From IMG/VR virus record IMGVR_UViG_3300045988_162118, positions 1 to 62,599 of that record: DNA of 62,599 bases. One strand, 5' to 3'. The notes beneath the pieces are model-generated. The model was not told the origin of the DNA and ran no database searches. It worked only from the letters and a program-made list of their open reading frames with translations. The position numbers were made by a program, and so were the translations under genes. Of the stretch, positions 41,158 through 51,569 are shown one piece after another. Within the stretch, counting starts at the first letter, position 1. Each line of letters starts with the position of its first letter. The DNA comes from a virus. Taxonomy: Duplodnaviria; Heunggongvirae; Uroviricota; Caudoviricetes.

Positions 41158-41403
41158 TTGGCAGAGCGTGTTGATGATGCAGAGCTGAGCATGAATCAGT
41201 TAGAAGCTCTCAAAGACATGGCCATCGATAACATCAGAAAGCAGGCACAGGTCGTGAGTCAGGTATTTACAGGGAAGTGTCGTTACTGCAATGAACCGAT
41301 TGAATCAGGCATCTATTGTGACGCTGAGTGTGCGCAATGGCACAGGGAAGAGCAGGCCGCAAAACAGCGTAAATATGGCATGCGACCGGCAGGATTTGAC
41401 TGA
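41158..41403 (+). CDS. TraR/DksA-like C4 zinc-finger protein
   Basis: 81 aa; CRYCNEPI...YCDAEC. Confidence 0.4.
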   Translation: MAERVDDAELSMNQLEALKDMAIDNIRKQAQVVSQVFTGKCRYCNEPIESGIYCDAECAQWHREEQAAKQRKYGMRPAGFD

Positions 41404-41405
41404 TT

Positions 41406-41984
41406 GTGTTGCGCTTTACTGAGGAAGAGTTTCAGGCTTTTAGTGAGCGTCGAAATAAGGGGCGGTCCAGGCCAAAAACCAAAAAGGATCCATTCTTATC
41501 GCTTGCGCCGGTAAAAGAAGTTTCTCCACATGCGAAGGCACTTGCAGCACTGGCAAAGAACCCAGACCTGCGCGACGGAAATTGCGAGCACTTCGAGCAG
41601 GTTTTCATTTTTGATTACTTCGAACGCAAGCACCCTGACATCTATGAGCTGTTGCATGCAACGCCTAACGGAGGGAAACGTTCAAAAGCAACCGCCGGGA
41701 AAATGAAGGCTGAAGGGCAGAAAAAAGGTTATCCGGACATGAGTCTCGATAAAGCATGCGGTATTTATCACGGCATGCGAATTGAGCTTAAAGAACCAAA
41801 TGGTAAAGCCCCGACGAAAGAGCAGATCGCCTGGATGCGCAGGCTTGGAGAGGAAGGTTACTACGTCGTTCTTGCGTATGGTGCAGAACAAGCGATAACC
41901 GCCATCCTGGAATACATAAGCCTTAAAAAGGGTGAGGCTATTGAGCATGTATTGAACGGCGACAAGTGGTTGTATGCTGCTTAA
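41406..41984 (+). CDS. VRR-NUC (PD-(D/E)xK) nuclease-like protein
   Basis: 192 aa; HATPNGGKRS...GYPD...ELK pattern. Confidence 0.5.
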   Translation: MLRFTEEEFQAFSERRNKGRSRPKTKKDPFLSLAPVKEVSPHAKALAALAKNPDLRDGNCEHFEQVFIFDYFERKHPDIYELLHATPNGGKRSKATAGKMKAEGQKKGYPDMSLDKACGIYHGMRIELKEPNGKAPTKEQIAWMRRLGEEGYYVVLAYGAEQAITAILEYISLKKGEAIEHVLNGDKWLYAA

Positions 41985-42147
41985 AATAATAAATTAATTA
42001 GTGCACATGTGCTCTTTGATATAGCGCACATTAACATCGGGAGAATAATAGTGTCATTCAAGGTTAATTATGAATCGCTGGCATCGATCATGCCGCGTAA
42101 TGAACAGGAAGCAGATGCTGAAGTGGACCCGGTAATCGCTGAAATGA

Positions 42148-42810
42148 ATGCTCGCCTGGAGGCTGAATTTGCAGCTGAGAATGAACATACCACCCAGGGC
42201 GACTAGGACTGTTTTTTGTGTCGGTAGCGGTCCGTCACTCACTCGTGAGGACTGTGCTGCTATAGAAAAAACTGGCTGTTCAATCATTGCGGTTAACAAT
42301 TCCTGGCTGATGTTCGATGACATTTATGCCTTATACGCCGGTGATTTGTCATGGTGGAAGCAATACGGTTCCACCATACCGGGAGGGAGGTTCCGCAAAG
42401 TGACAGCCAACCTGGCGGCGGCGAAATCATTTTCGTTGGAGTACAGGCGATATTGTGGACCGGCGGAAGGGGTAAATAGCGGCGCGCAGGCTATCAGTCT
42501 GGCTGCTGAATCAGGGGCTGAAGTAGTGGTATTAGTCGGCTATGACTGTTCTCTGCAAAACGGCCTTCATTGGCATGGTGCGCACCCTCAAGCCCTACGG
42601 AATCCAACGCAGGTGTCTATTTCAAAATGGCAACAGCAGTTCCTGGATACCCGCAAAAAACACGCAGATTTACATATTTTGAATGCAAGTAGGAGCAGTG
42701 CAATTCAATGTTTCCCAAGAATAAATTTAGAGGCAGTGATCGCGTTATTATCGTCGGCAGTGGCCCAAGCGCCGCAAACTTTGTTGCGCCGCGCGGAGTG
42801 CCGATTATAG
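42148..42810 (+). CDS. DUF115/MptE-like Rossmann protein
   Basis: VFCVGSGPSL...IIAVNN; true start uncertain; overlaps a small upstream ORF. Confidence 0.35.
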   Translation: MLAWRLNLQLRMNIPPRATRTVFCVGSGPSLTREDCAAIEKTGCSIIAVNNSWLMFDDIYALYAGDLSWWKQYGSTIPGGRFRKVTANLAAAKSFSLEYRRYCGPAEGVNSGAQAISLAAESGAEVVVLVGYDCSLQNGLHWHGAHPQALRNPTQVSISKWQQQFLDTRKKHADLHILNASRSSAIQCFPRINLEAVIALLSSAVAQAPQTLLRRAECRL

Positions 42811-43334
42811 CGGTCAATGGGGCCATCGACTGGCTGAACCGCGCTTCTTATTTTTTCACACTTGATCCATCGCCAGACAATATGCGGCGCGTTGGTCGTG
42901 GCCGCCGTCGCCGTGGTGTTTGTTATTGCATGGCACTACCCGATGTTAAAGAACGTGAAGTCAGAGACGGCATTCTGTGCTTCCGTCGTGTGGCTGAACG
43001 CGGCACAGAGCCAAAAAATACGAATTCTCCCGAGTGGTGGGCGTGGCGCTGGTCCGCACATTTCGGCCTTTGCGAAGATGAGAATGAAATTGCCAGCGGC
43101 AATAGTGCATATGGTGCTCTGAACCTGGCTTTCCATATCGGATTCAAACATGTAGCCCTGGTGGGCGTTGACGCTACGCAAGAACTACGCGTTCACTCCG
43201 GCGGCACGCCAAAAAATCTAAGTCACCTGCCTTTGTTATTCCAGTCTGCGCGTGAACAGATTGACGTTGTTTCATGCGGGAAAATGGGAGGTATTCCGCA
43301 GATGACTCTTAAAGAATGGCTGAAGAATACATGA
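42708..43334 (+). CDS. DUF115/MptE-like Rossmann protein, paralog
   Basis: [10 protein letters not shown]...IIAVNG; paralogous to the preceding ORF. Confidence 0.35.
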   Translation: MFPKNKFRGSDRVIIVGSGPSAANFVAPRGVPIIAVNGAIDWLNRASYFFTLDPSPDNMRRVGRGRRRRGVCYCMALPDVKEREVRDGILCFRRVAERGTEPKNTNSPEWWAWRWSAHFGLCEDENEIASGNSAYGALNLAFHIGFKHVALVGVDATQELRVHSGGTPKNLSHLPLLFQSAREQIDVVSCGKMGGIPQMTLKEWLKNT

Positions 43335-44008
43335 TGGCACCCACAATTTATCACCGTATCGACGGTACCAAATACAGGAATGTCTGGGTTGTTGGTGATC
43401 TGCATGGTTGCTACACCAGACTGATGTCCGAACTCCATCGTGTGGATTTTGACCCGGCGCAGGATTTACTGATATCGGTCGGCGACCTTATCGATCGCGG
43501 TACTGAAAATGTCGAATGTCTGGAACTATTGCAGATGCCCTGGTTCAGGGCAGTAGTGGGGAACCATGAGCTGTTGATGCTCGATGCGTTAAGTCCTGAT
43601 GGCAACGTGAATAACTGGCTAATGAATGGCGGTCAATGGTTCTTCATGCTGGACGCTGATCAGGAAATATTAGCCAGGGCGCTGGTGGAGTTGGTAAGAC
43701 GACTGCCCTATATCATTGAGTTGAACACCGGGCAAGAAACTATCGTTATAGCCCATGCCGACTATCCGGATAATGAATATCAATTCGGTAAGGAGGTGCC
43801 GCTTTTCAACGTTGTCTGGGCGCGCGAGCGTATCAGTGATTCGATGGATGATATTGGTGGCGAAATTTCGGGCGCAGATCGTTTTATCTTTGGTCACACT
43901 CCGGTGAAAAGCCCGAAGACATTCTGGAATCAGCATTATATCGACACAGGTGCCGTATTTTGCGGAAACCTGACATTGAAGAAAGTGAAAGGTGATGGTG
44001 CAGCATGA
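43331..44008 (+). CDS. ppp: Ser/Thr protein phosphatase (calcineurin-like metallophosphatase)
   Basis: GDLHGCY, GDLIDRG, GNHE motifs; start ATGA overlaps upstream stop. Confidence 0.7.
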   Translation: MMAPTIYHRIDGTKYRNVWVVGDLHGCYTRLMSELHRVDFDPAQDLLISVGDLIDRGTENVECLELLQMPWFRAVVGNHELLMLDALSPDGNVNNWLMNGGQWFFMLDADQEILARALVELVRRLPYIIELNTGQETIVIAHADYPDNEYQFGKEVPLFNVVWARERISDSMDDIGGEISGADRFIFGHTPVKSPKTFWNQHYIDTGAVFCGNLTLKKVKGDGAA

Positions 44009-44706
44009 AGATTGCTTTAGTTCTTCGCTCTGGTGGTGACTATAACGCTTCCGATGTGCAGTGGCTGGTTAATCAACTGCCAAAAGACTATGAAATTATT
44101 TGCCTGACAGACCTGAAGTGTTTACATGTACCTGGCGTCAAAGTTATCCCATTGATCAACCAGTGGCAAAAGTGCCGTGGCTGGTGGGCGAAAATCGAGT
44201 TGTTCCGACCGGATATAACCGATGATCTGTTCTATCTGGATTTGGACACGGTTATTGCCGGTGATATACACCCAATCCTAGAGAATCCACCAACCAACTT
44301 CACCATGCTTAGGGATTTTTACCATCCACAATATCGTGGCAGCGGTGCCCTGTGGATACCAAATAGTGTAAAAGCGCATATCTGGAGTGCATTCTGGCAA
44401 GATCCGGAAGGTTGGATTGCTCGTTGTGTTACTACTGAATGCTGGGGTGATCAGGGGTTTTTGCGGAAGGTTATGGGTGATGATACACCAGCATTTCAGG
44501 ATCTGTATCCGGGATGGTTTGTAAGTTACAAGGCCGATGTTGTGGAACCTGGTTCGAAATATGCGAGCGCGCGTTACTCCAGGGGGAATGGGGCATTACC
44601 AAAAGACTGCCGAATAATCTTTTTCCACGGCAAACCGCGACCTCGCGAAGTGTCAGAGGATTGGATTCCCCTTACCAGCTCGTTTTTTGAGCAAGTATCA
44701 GAATAA
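44005..44706 (+). CDS. glycosyltransferase-like protein with DxD motif
   Basis: 233 aa; YLDLD motif in a Rossmann-like context. Confidence 0.35.
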   Translation: MKIALVLRSGGDYNASDVQWLVNQLPKDYEIICLTDLKCLHVPGVKVIPLINQWQKCRGWWAKIELFRPDITDDLFYLDLDTVIAGDIHPILENPPTNFTMLRDFYHPQYRGSGALWIPNSVKAHIWSAFWQDPEGWIARCVTTECWGDQGFLRKVMGDDTPAFQDLYPGWFVSYKADVVEPGSKYASARYSRGNGALPKDCRIIFFHGKPRPREVSEDWIPLTSSFFEQVSE

Positions 44707-44707
44707 T

Positions 44708-44724
44708 ATTGCTCTAATAATTCC
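44708..44724 (+). promoter_or_regulatory. C1 operator-like box
   Basis: ATTGCTCTAATAATTCC. Confidence 0.4.
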
Positions 44725-44756
44725 ATATTTTTAAAACGTGATGTACACTCATCACG

Positions 44757-44773
44757 TTTTTTATTAGAGCAAT
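44757..44773 (-). promoter_or_regulatory. C1 operator-like box, inverted partner
   Basis: TTTTTTATTAGAGCAAT; with 44708 box flanks hairpin AAAACGTGATG-TACAC-TCATCACGTTTT. Confidence 0.4.
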
Positions 44774-44787
44774 TTACAAGGTGCACT

Positions 44788-45006
44788 ATGTGGCCATTCC
44801 GACGGAAATATCACTACTGGCTGATCGCCTTTGTTACGCCGACCGGCGGTATCAGGCATGTCATCACCAGGTATCGCAACAAGAGACTCACCTTAGCCAG
44901 AATTTTACAGGCTGCCATAGGTGAGGGACTGGATACAAATTGCGTAGTCCTTCCTCCTTCATACTTAGGAAAAATGACCGAAGCACAAGCTAATACGGAA
45001 CTTTGA
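44788..45006 (+). CDS. hypothetical small protein
   Basis: 72-aa ORF downstream of operator pair. Confidence 0.3.
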   Translation: MWPFRRKYHYWLIAFVTPTGGIRHVITRYRNKRLTLARILQAAIGEGLDTNCVVLPPSYLGKMTEAQANTEL

Positions 45007-45007
45007 A

Positions 45008-46270
45008 ATGAGCACTTCAGCACAAAAGCAATCAATCGAAAATGTATCTATCCCTGATGTCCTGAATGCCGGTATCCCGGCCATTATCCAGAACATCCGG
45101 GCCGCGCAACGCCGCGTTAGTTGTGATGACCTCACAGCACGTTTTTTTGATAATGCGGTTCAGTCAGCGGAGATGCTTCACGCACAGCTTATTGATGTTT
45201 ATAACGCAGAAGCTGATAGCCATAACTCTCTGGTAGATGCAGCTGAAAATATGCAGTTGGATCTCGGTCTGAAGGGTAAAGAAATTGAAGAGCTTCAGCT
45301 GGAAATTGAACATTTGAAACGCCAGCAACAGGACGCGATCGACGATGCGACGCATGATGCCAACCAGCGTGCTGATAATGCCGAACGTATAAGCATTGAG
45401 CTGGAAACAAAACTCAATGAAATGACCGCGATGGTTGAACTGCGGAACTCACAGATTTCAACGCTAAAATCTCAATATAAAGAGATCATGAAACTTGATC
45501 CTTTTAACCTTGAGAAACGCTATAACAAAGCTAAAAGCGAGCGACAGGAACTGCGTAAGCAGGTCGCCGACCTTAACCAACAGCTCAAAAAAACTATTAA
45601 AGATGCAAGCGAAGCGCGCGTGGCATTTGCTAATAAAAAAGCAGAGGTTACCGCGCTGGTTAATGAGAATGCCAAATTTGCGACGCTCAAGAAGGAAATG
45701 TATGGCATTACTGAGCGCCGTTTCCCTGCAAGCAAACTTCATCCGACGTTAGGGCAAATCTCCTTCTTCCCGCGCCTCCTGGCTTATGGGATCTCATCGC
45801 CTAAAGAGTTCAATAACGAGCGTCCTTATATCGTTTCTAAGCTGGACTTTGCTTATCAGTTCTGCTGCGACATGGGCTATGCCATTGATATCCGGATCAA
45901 CGAATGGCTGATGCCAAACTTCCAGCCGTTGGCCATTTTCCGCGAGTTCCAGCCGGAAGGTTGGGTAGAGTTCTTCCATGAATTGATCTGTAAAGAGATG
46001 GAAAGCCGCCGCCCGGAACTGGTCCGTCGAGTTGAGTGGGCGCAAGAGGTTATGTTGGCAGAGGCAGAGCTGCCGTTCGAACCGGAATTTATTGATAATC
46101 TGGCAGCTAAAGGGCTGCATACCCTGTTTGATGTGGTTACCCGCCGTCATGAGCAGTTGGTTGTCGAATTGGGTTTAGAGGAAACAGCGGCAAGAAGACT
46201 TCTCGATGTTTGCTATGCACGTAGCGATGCATGGGAAAAAGAGAACGGCGGCACTATTTACGTTCGCTGA
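45008..46270 (+). CDS. coiled-coil protein of unknown function
   Basis: 420 aa; long heptad-like charged helical region in N-terminal half. Confidence 0.4.
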   Translation: MSTSAQKQSIENVSIPDVLNAGIPAIIQNIRAAQRRVSCDDLTARFFDNAVQSAEMLHAQLIDVYNAEADSHNSLVDAAENMQLDLGLKGKEIEELQLEIEHLKRQQQDAIDDATHDANQRADNAERISIELETKLNEMTAMVELRNSQISTLKSQYKEIMKLDPFNLEKRYNKAKSERQELRKQVADLNQQLKKTIKDASEARVAFANKKAEVTALVNENAKFATLKKEMYGITERRFPASKLHPTLGQISFFPRLLAYGISSPKEFNNERPYIVSKLDFAYQFCCDMGYAIDIRINEWLMPNFQPLAIFREFQPEGWVEFFHELICKEMESRRPELVRRVEWAQEVMLAEAELPFEPEFIDNLAAKGLHTLFDVVTRRHEQLVVELGLEETAARRLLDVCYARSDAWEKENGGTIYVR

Positions 46271-46342
46271 CAGTTACAGTGTCACTTTTAATGCTGGTGG
46301 AGTGCGCCCACCAGCATTTTTTTCGTCCAATGAGGAGGGCAT

Positions 46343-46849
46343 TTGAGTATTTTCAATAAACACGCACACCAGGAACGTCCGTATATCGTCATAGTTGATA
46401 TTGATGGAACAATATCAGAGGCAACTGAAGACAGACTGCATTTGCTTCCGCCACCAGGTAAAGGTGCATTAACAAAGGACTGGAACGAGTTTAATCTCGC
46501 CTGTGACACTGATACTCCCATAACTCCAGTTATTGATATTGTGCGCCAGTTATTTAACGTTTACACGGTCTGGTTTGTAACCGGGCGCTGTGAGATCGCA
46601 AGGGATAAAACACGAGCCTGGCTGCGGAAGTACGTAACAAACGGGGCTGAGCCTTTGCTATCTATGCGTCCTGCCACCGATGACAGAAATGACGGCCCAG
46701 CAAAGATTGATCTCCTTAAGAAAATTGGTCTAAGTAAAATCGCGTTCGCGCTGGAAGATAAGATTGAAGTGGCGCGTGTTTTCAGGAGGCACGGCGTACT
46801 TACGTTAATGGTCAGGGAGTATGAAAACGCGCTTCTCCATCAACAATAA
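46343..46849 (+). CDS. pap: HAD-like phosphatase
   Basis: YIVIVDIDGTISEAT (DxDGT HAD motif I); 168 aa. Confidence 0.5.
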   Translation: MSIFNKHAHQERPYIVIVDIDGTISEATEDRLHLLPPPGKGALTKDWNEFNLACDTDTPITPVIDIVRQLFNVYTVWFVTGRCEIARDKTRAWLRKYVTNGAEPLLSMRPATDDRNDGPAKIDLLKKIGLSKIAFALEDKIEVARVFRRHGVLTLMVREYENALLHQQ

Positions 46850-46865
46850 TTGCTCTAATAAATAT
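46849..46865 (+). promoter_or_regulatory. C1 operator-like box
   Basis: ATTGCTCTAATAAATAT beginning at last base of pap stop. Confidence 0.5.
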
Positions 46866-46947
46866 TGATTTTTAAAACAGAGAAAGTGAAAATAAAAACA
46901 TGCCGCAAGGCGCGGCATGTATCCAGTCAATCACAGGAGCTGAAAAT

Positions 46948-47034
46948 ATGAACACGGCATTCAAAATCATTATGGCCGCGATCTATTTCTGGCTGTTCTC
47001 TATCACTTTTGGCGGCATCGTCGCGCATGGGTAA
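46948..47034 (+). CDS. 28-aa hydrophobic peptide
   Basis: Not in track; AGGAG RBS; MNTAFKIIMAAIYFWLFSITFGGIVAHG; hairpin CATGCCGC-AAG-GCGCGGCATG just upstream. Confidence 0.35.
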   Translation: MNTAFKIIMAAIYFWLFSITFGGIVAHG

Positions 47035-47113
47035 GGGGAGTATATTAGCCATTTGGAACCCCACGGTCTCTTGCGGGTTTAATTAAGAACCCGCAAGAAA
47101 AACACGAATTGGG

Positions 47114-50100
47114 CTATATTTTTCCGCCTACGCCTTTAAACTTCTCAATAAACGAGACGATTTTCTGGAAAACTGCCTGTTTTTTCGTTTTATATTGCGG
47201 ATTTAACGGACTAAGTTTTGGTAATGTTTCATTTAATTCTGTGCCATTTTCGGTGGCATATTCGCGTTTTAAAGACGTGCGAATATAGCGTTTTGCAGCA
47301 TCTTCATTGAGATTTTCTTCTTTTATCAATGCTTCTGCTTCACGTTGCTGTTCGCGTTGAGCAAACGTAAAGAATGCGTCAATGATGCTGGCTTTGTCCG
47401 GTAAATCATCCAGGTTCGTTTGCTGAATAAAATCGACCACCAGGCCCTCTTTAGCACGGTTCCCTAGGCTTGAACGAATTAAGCGTTTGACCTCTTCGAT
47501 CATTTCGCCCTTGCCTTTATTTTGTCTGTTGTGTTCGAAAATCAGTCCAAGGATATAATCCAGGTTTATTTCCTGAGACTTCAGCAAATCGACCTCAAAA
47601 ACTACGTCATCCCAGTCAGTGGTTGATTTCTCTTTTTTCTCAGCTTCTTTCTCACGGCGCTGCCAGTCGCGAATATCGTTATAGGCAGAACGATAATCCT
47701 GAATCTTGCGATCAGCAGGGAGACGAATTGTTTGCAATTCAGCGAACTTTTCATCATCCACATAATGTTCTGCTTTGAATTTTTCTACCGCAACAGGATC
47801 GCTAAGATCGATTTGTTGCAGGGCTTTTAGCGTGGCAAATTCATCATAGTTTTGCAGGATGTTCTCGGCACGCAGGTATTCGCCAAACAGTTTAACGAAG
47901 TCTTTCTTCTCTTTTTCACTTTCAATACTGGTAGGGTCAGGGAACCGTTGTTCCAGTTCTGAAACTACTGCCATAAAGCCGCGTTTGGCTTCACCGGTGG
48001 CAGCATCAGTAAAACCTTCCATATACTCTGCATAACTCTTTTCTAACACCACATTTTTGGTATTTTTATCACCAAACAGCGTTATGGCATCAATGGTTGA
48101 GCGTTCCAGATCCCGAAAAGTGACAATGTTACCGAAGGTTTTAGTGGCGTTATAAATGCGGTTGGTGCGGGAAAATGCCTGCATCAGGCCGTGAAAACGC
48201 AAGTTTTTATCGACGAATAGCGTGTTCAATGTTGGAGCGTCGAAGCCGGTTAAAAACATCCCAACGACAATTAACAGATCGATATCCTGATTTTTAACCC
48301 GTTGGGCTAAATCGCGATAGTAGTTCTGAAAACCGTTACCGTCGGTGCTGAAGTTAGTTTTAAAATAGCTGTTATACTCACGAATTGCAGCGTCAAGAAA
48401 CTCTTTAGCACTGCTGTCCATTGCGCTGGTATCAAAAGTTTCATCGGAAATTTCACCAATGGCATTTTGTTCTTCATTAGCGGCAAAGGAGAAGATTGTC
48501 GCAACACGCAGCGGTTTATAAGTTGCAGATTTATTAGCGGCTTCCTCTTGTAACCGTTTAAACGCCGCGTAATAGGCTTTTGCAGCATCCACGCTGCTCA
48601 CTGCCAACATAGCATTAAAACCTTTTGCGCCAGGGAAAGTACGGTGCGTCTTCTGGCGGAAGTTATTCAGAATATATTGCGTAATTTCCTGTATACGCAT
48701 GGGATGAAGAAACGCCTGCTGATTTTCAGCCGCACTTAGTTTTTTCTCGTCGGTTTCTGTCTCTAAAGACTTAAACTGTGGCCGCACATCGTTATAGTCC
48801 ACCTTGAATTTGAGCACTTTTTCATCACGAATCGCATCGGTAATAACATATGAATGCAATTCACGACCAAATACGCTGGCGGTCGTTTCTGAGCCTAAAG
48901 CGTTTTCCGGGAAAATAGGGGTACCGGTAAAACCAAACTGATAATAGCGTTTGAATTTCTTCTTCAGGTTTTTCTGCGCTTCTCCAAACTGGCTGCGGTG
49001 ACATTCATCAAATATAAACACCACTTGCTGATTATATACAGGCAGGTCGCTTTCTGCTTTCATCAGGTTATTGAGTTTCTGAATAGTAGTGACGATAATT
49101 TTGTTATCGTCCTTATCCAGATTTCGTTTAAGGCCTGCGGTATTTTCCGAGCCGTTGACGCTGTCTGGCGAAAAACGCTGATATTCCTTCATGGTCTGGT
49201 AATCGAGGTCTTTCCTGTCGACCACGAAGAAGACTTTATCAATAAAGTCCAGCTCTGTTGCCAGACGCGCGGCTTTAAAGCTGGTGAGGGTTTTACCAGA
49301 ACCGGTAGTGTGCCAGATATACCCACCGCTTTCCGGTTTTGACCAGTTCTTCGCTGTAAAGGAGCTCTTAATTTTCCACAGAATGCGCTCGGTGGCAGCA
49401 ATCTGGTACGGTCGCATCACCAGTAGCGTCTGACTGCTGTCAAAAACGCTGTAGTTCACCAGAACATTAAGCAGAGTATGTTTCTGGAAAAAGGTAGCGG
49501 TAAAATCTTTGAGGTCTTTAATCAGCGTGTTGTCTGATTTCGCCCAGTTCATGGTGAAGTCAAAACTGTTTTTATCGCGCTTTGTTGTGTTGGCAAAATA
49601 ACGGGTATCGGTGCCGTTAGAAATGACAAACAGTTGCAGATACTTAAACAGGGAATTTTCGCTGTTAAAACTCTCTTTACTGTAACGATGTATCTGGTTG
49701 AAAGCCTCACGAATCGCCACGCCGCGCTTTTTCAGTTCGATTTGTACCAGTGGTAAGCCATTAACCAGGATCGTGACGTCATAACGGTTAGCATGAGAAC
49801 CCGTCTGTTCAAACTGCTGGATAATCTGCACCTTATTGCGCATGAGATTCTTTTTATCTATCAAATAGATGTTCTCAAGTCGCTCGTCATCAAAAATAAA
49901 GTCGCAAATATAGTCGATATGGATTTTACGGGTCTTATCCAGAATGCCATCGCTCGGGTTGTCCAGATACTGCTCCGTGAAACGCCGCCACTCGCTGTCA
50001 TTAAACACCACACCATTGAGGCTCTGAAGCTGTTCCCGAACGTTGGCCAGCATCGCTGACTGTGATTTTACCGAAATAAATTCATAGCCCTGATTCCGCA

Positions 50101-50230
50101 GGTCTTGAATCAGTTCACGTTCCAGGTCCGATTCGCTCTGGTAGCTGTCGCCTGTTGGCTCAGCTTTGATGTACTTATCAAGAACGATAAAGTTATTGGA
50201 TTCAGCAATGGTATGTGTTTGATGAGTCAT
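47114..50230 (-). CDS. hsdR: Type I restriction enzyme R subunit
   Basis: Start at MTHQTHT with AAGGA RBS (track starts 50290); about 1038 aa; helicase motifs TGSGKT and FDECHRSQ. Confidence 0.85.
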   Translation of the reverse strand: MTHQTHTIAESNNFIVLDKYIKAEPTGDSYQSESDLERELIQDLRNQGYEFISVKSQSAMLANVREQLQSLNGVVFNDSEWRRFTEQYLDNPSDGILDKTRKIHIDYICDFIFDDERLENIYLIDKKNLMRNKVQIIQQFEQTGSHANRYDVTILVNGLPLVQIELKKRGVAIREAFNQIHRYSKESFNSENSLFKYLQLFVISNGTDTRYFANTTKRDKNSFDFTMNWAKSDNTLIKDLKDFTATFFQKHTLLNVLVNYSVFDSSQTLLVMRPYQIAATERILWKIKSSFTAKNWSKPESGGYIWHTTGSGKTLTSFKAARLATELDFIDKVFFVVDRKDLDYQTMKEYQRFSPDSVNGSENTAGLKRNLDKDDNKIIVTTIQKLNNLMKAESDLPVYNQQVVFIFDECHRSQFGEAQKNLKKKFKRYYQFGFTGTPIFPENALGSETTASVFGRELHSYVITDAIRDEKVLKFKVDYNDVRPQFKSLETETDEKKLSAAENQQAFLHPMRIQEITQYILNNFRQKTHRTFPGAKGFNAMLAVSSVDAAKAYYAAFKRLQEEAANKSATYKPLRVATIFSFAANEEQNAIGEISDETFDTSAMDSSAKEFLDAAIREYNSYFKTNFSTDGNGFQNYYRDLAQRVKNQDIDLLIVVGMFLTGFDAPTLNTLFVDKNLRFHGLMQAFSRTNRIYNATKTFGNIVTFRDLERSTIDAITLFGDKNTKNVVLEKSYAEYMEGFTDAATGEAKRGFMAVVSELEQRFPDPTSIESEKEKKDFVKLFGEYLRAENILQNYDEFATLKALQQIDLSDPVAVEKFKAEHYVDDEKFAELQTIRLPADRKIQDYRSAYNDIRDWQRREKEAEKKEKSTTDWDDVVFEVDLLKSQEINLDYILGLIFEHNRQNKGKGEMIEEVKRLIRSSLGNRAKEGLVVDFIQQTNLDDLPDKASIIDAFFTFAQREQQREAEALIKEENLNEDAAKRYIRTSLKREYATENGTELNETLPKLSPLNPQYKTKKQAVFQKIVSFIEKFKGVGGKI

Positions 50231-50351
50231 AGCGCATCCTTTGTGCCGTCTGGCAAGGGCCGGAAGGGAGTTAAGAGTGACTTCCGGCACGTAAAAAATA
50301 GTCTATATACAGACCGGATGTTAAGGTGGCCCGGTCGGTAGCAACGGTCAA

Positions 50352-51569
50352 TTAATTACTGACAGTTTCAGGTTTTGGGAAACTGAACAGTAAATCACGA
50401 TAGTACTCGTATTGTTTCTGGCGCAACTCGATTTCACGCGGGAGACCTTCGGTGATGGAAGCTGCGATTGCATCAAACTTATCTAGAATATCCACAATAC
50501 GCCCCTGTTCGTCTAAAGATTTTTGAGGGTGAGATGGGTATGGAATAGGTACTCTGACTTGTTTCAGTGCATTAGCATTAAACTGTGGTTGCCCGCCACC
50601 AGATACTAATTTATTAGCCTGTTCCCAAAAAAAATCACTTTGTGCAAAGTGCCAGTAATATTTGGCATTAATAATCGTTTCATTTAGGTTCAACTTTATT
50701 AAAAAACCAGCGTATACTGCTGGATAATCTTCTTCAAAAATCATTGTTTTACCAAAGGTTGCACCAGTCCTTGCCATGAGTAAATCATTTTTGTCTAAGG
50801 TATATTTCTCATTTTCCTCATTTAATTCAACGTACATTGGGTTTTCTTTCGATAGCTTCCCGTCTTTATTTATGTCAGTAATTCTCACGAAACGGGCATC
50901 TCCTGAGTCCATGGCTTTGGCTGCATATCCATATGTAAAATTCCCAATTTCCCCCAAAGTCTTCCACTCAACCTCACCCTCTTTAAAACTCAACAACTGG
51001 TCGCGATAGTAGTTGTACTGTTTTTTACGCATGTTAAGCTCAGCGGTAAGCTCAGCGGTAAGTGCAGTAAATTTATCCAGAATCCGAACGATTTCAGACT
51101 GGATGGCAAGGGATTTTTCCGGATTATCCGGGCAGGGGATTGGTACAGGTATCTCAATTAATTGTCCTTTAGTTAATTTTGCCCTTCCTCCCCCGGTAAG
51201 GAAGGGAAGGAAATTAACGATGCATAAATAATGATATAGAAATCTAGAATGAACTCTTTCTTTTCCTCGTACGACATGAACATGGTTGTTTGCCCAGAAT
51301 TTACCAGTTGCATATTGAATTGAATAATTTTCTAAACTAGCCGAGCCATCTTCTGCAATTAAGACATATTCACCATCGTGGGTATATCCATCCACATAGT
51401 CTTGAATGTTGTTAGCACCATAATAGGGCGTCTCGCCTGCAATGCGCAAAGAGGCTTTTACTGGCTTTCTTCCATTATTCGCTATTTCGAAGAGTGAAGT
51501 ATCACCAAGATTTCTCCACTCAACTTCAACCCCATCCAGCAATTTTTCCAGATAACTTAACTCGCTCAT
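50352..51569 (-). CDS. hsdS: Type I specificity subunit, Type IC-like
   Basis: 405 aa; two TRDs; central conserved region [28 protein letters not shown] with two TAEL repeats; second conserved region [16 protein letters not shown]. Confidence 0.85.
   Translation of the reverse strand: MSELSYLEKLLDGVEVEWRNLGDTSLFEIANNGRKPVKASLRIAGETPYYGANNIQDYVDGYTHDGEYVLIAEDGSASLENYSIQYATGKFWANNHVHVVRGKERVHSRFLYHYLCIVNFLPFLTGGGRAKLTKGQLIEIPVPIPCPDNPEKSLAIQSEIVRILDKFTALTAELTAELNMRKKQYNYYRDQLLSFKEGEVEWKTLGEIGNFTYGYAAKAMDSGDARFVRITDINKDGKLSKENPMYVELNEENEKYTLDKNDLLMARTGATFGKTMIFEEDYPAVYAGFLIKLNLNETIINAKYYWHFAQSDFFWEQANKLVSGGGQPQFNANALKQVRVPIPYPSHPQKSLDEQGRIVDILDKFDAIAASITEGLPREIELRQKQYEYYRDLLFSFPKPETVSN
51037..51060 (-). 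repeat. 12-bp tandem repeat (2 units) encoding TAEL-TAEL in hsdS
   Basis: AGCTCAGCGGTA x2 on plus strand = ACCGCTGAGCTT x2 on coding strand. Confidence 0.8.

Noticed and set aside
41990-42012. TTAGTGCACATGTGC palindrome and similar ACA(T/A)GTGAC elements upstream of pacA (55734) and the head gene (20799) as Lpa-dependent late promoters
   Set aside because: I cannot recall the late-promoter consensus reliably enough to call them; left unannotated, but comparison with the published P1 late promoter motif would settle it.
47069-47098. Inverted repeat TCTTGCGGGTT/AACCCGCAAGA between the small peptide gene and hsdR as an intrinsic terminator
   Set aside because: No U tract follows the hairpin on either strand, so it is not a canonical rho-independent terminator; may still be a protein-binding or RNA-processing palindrome.
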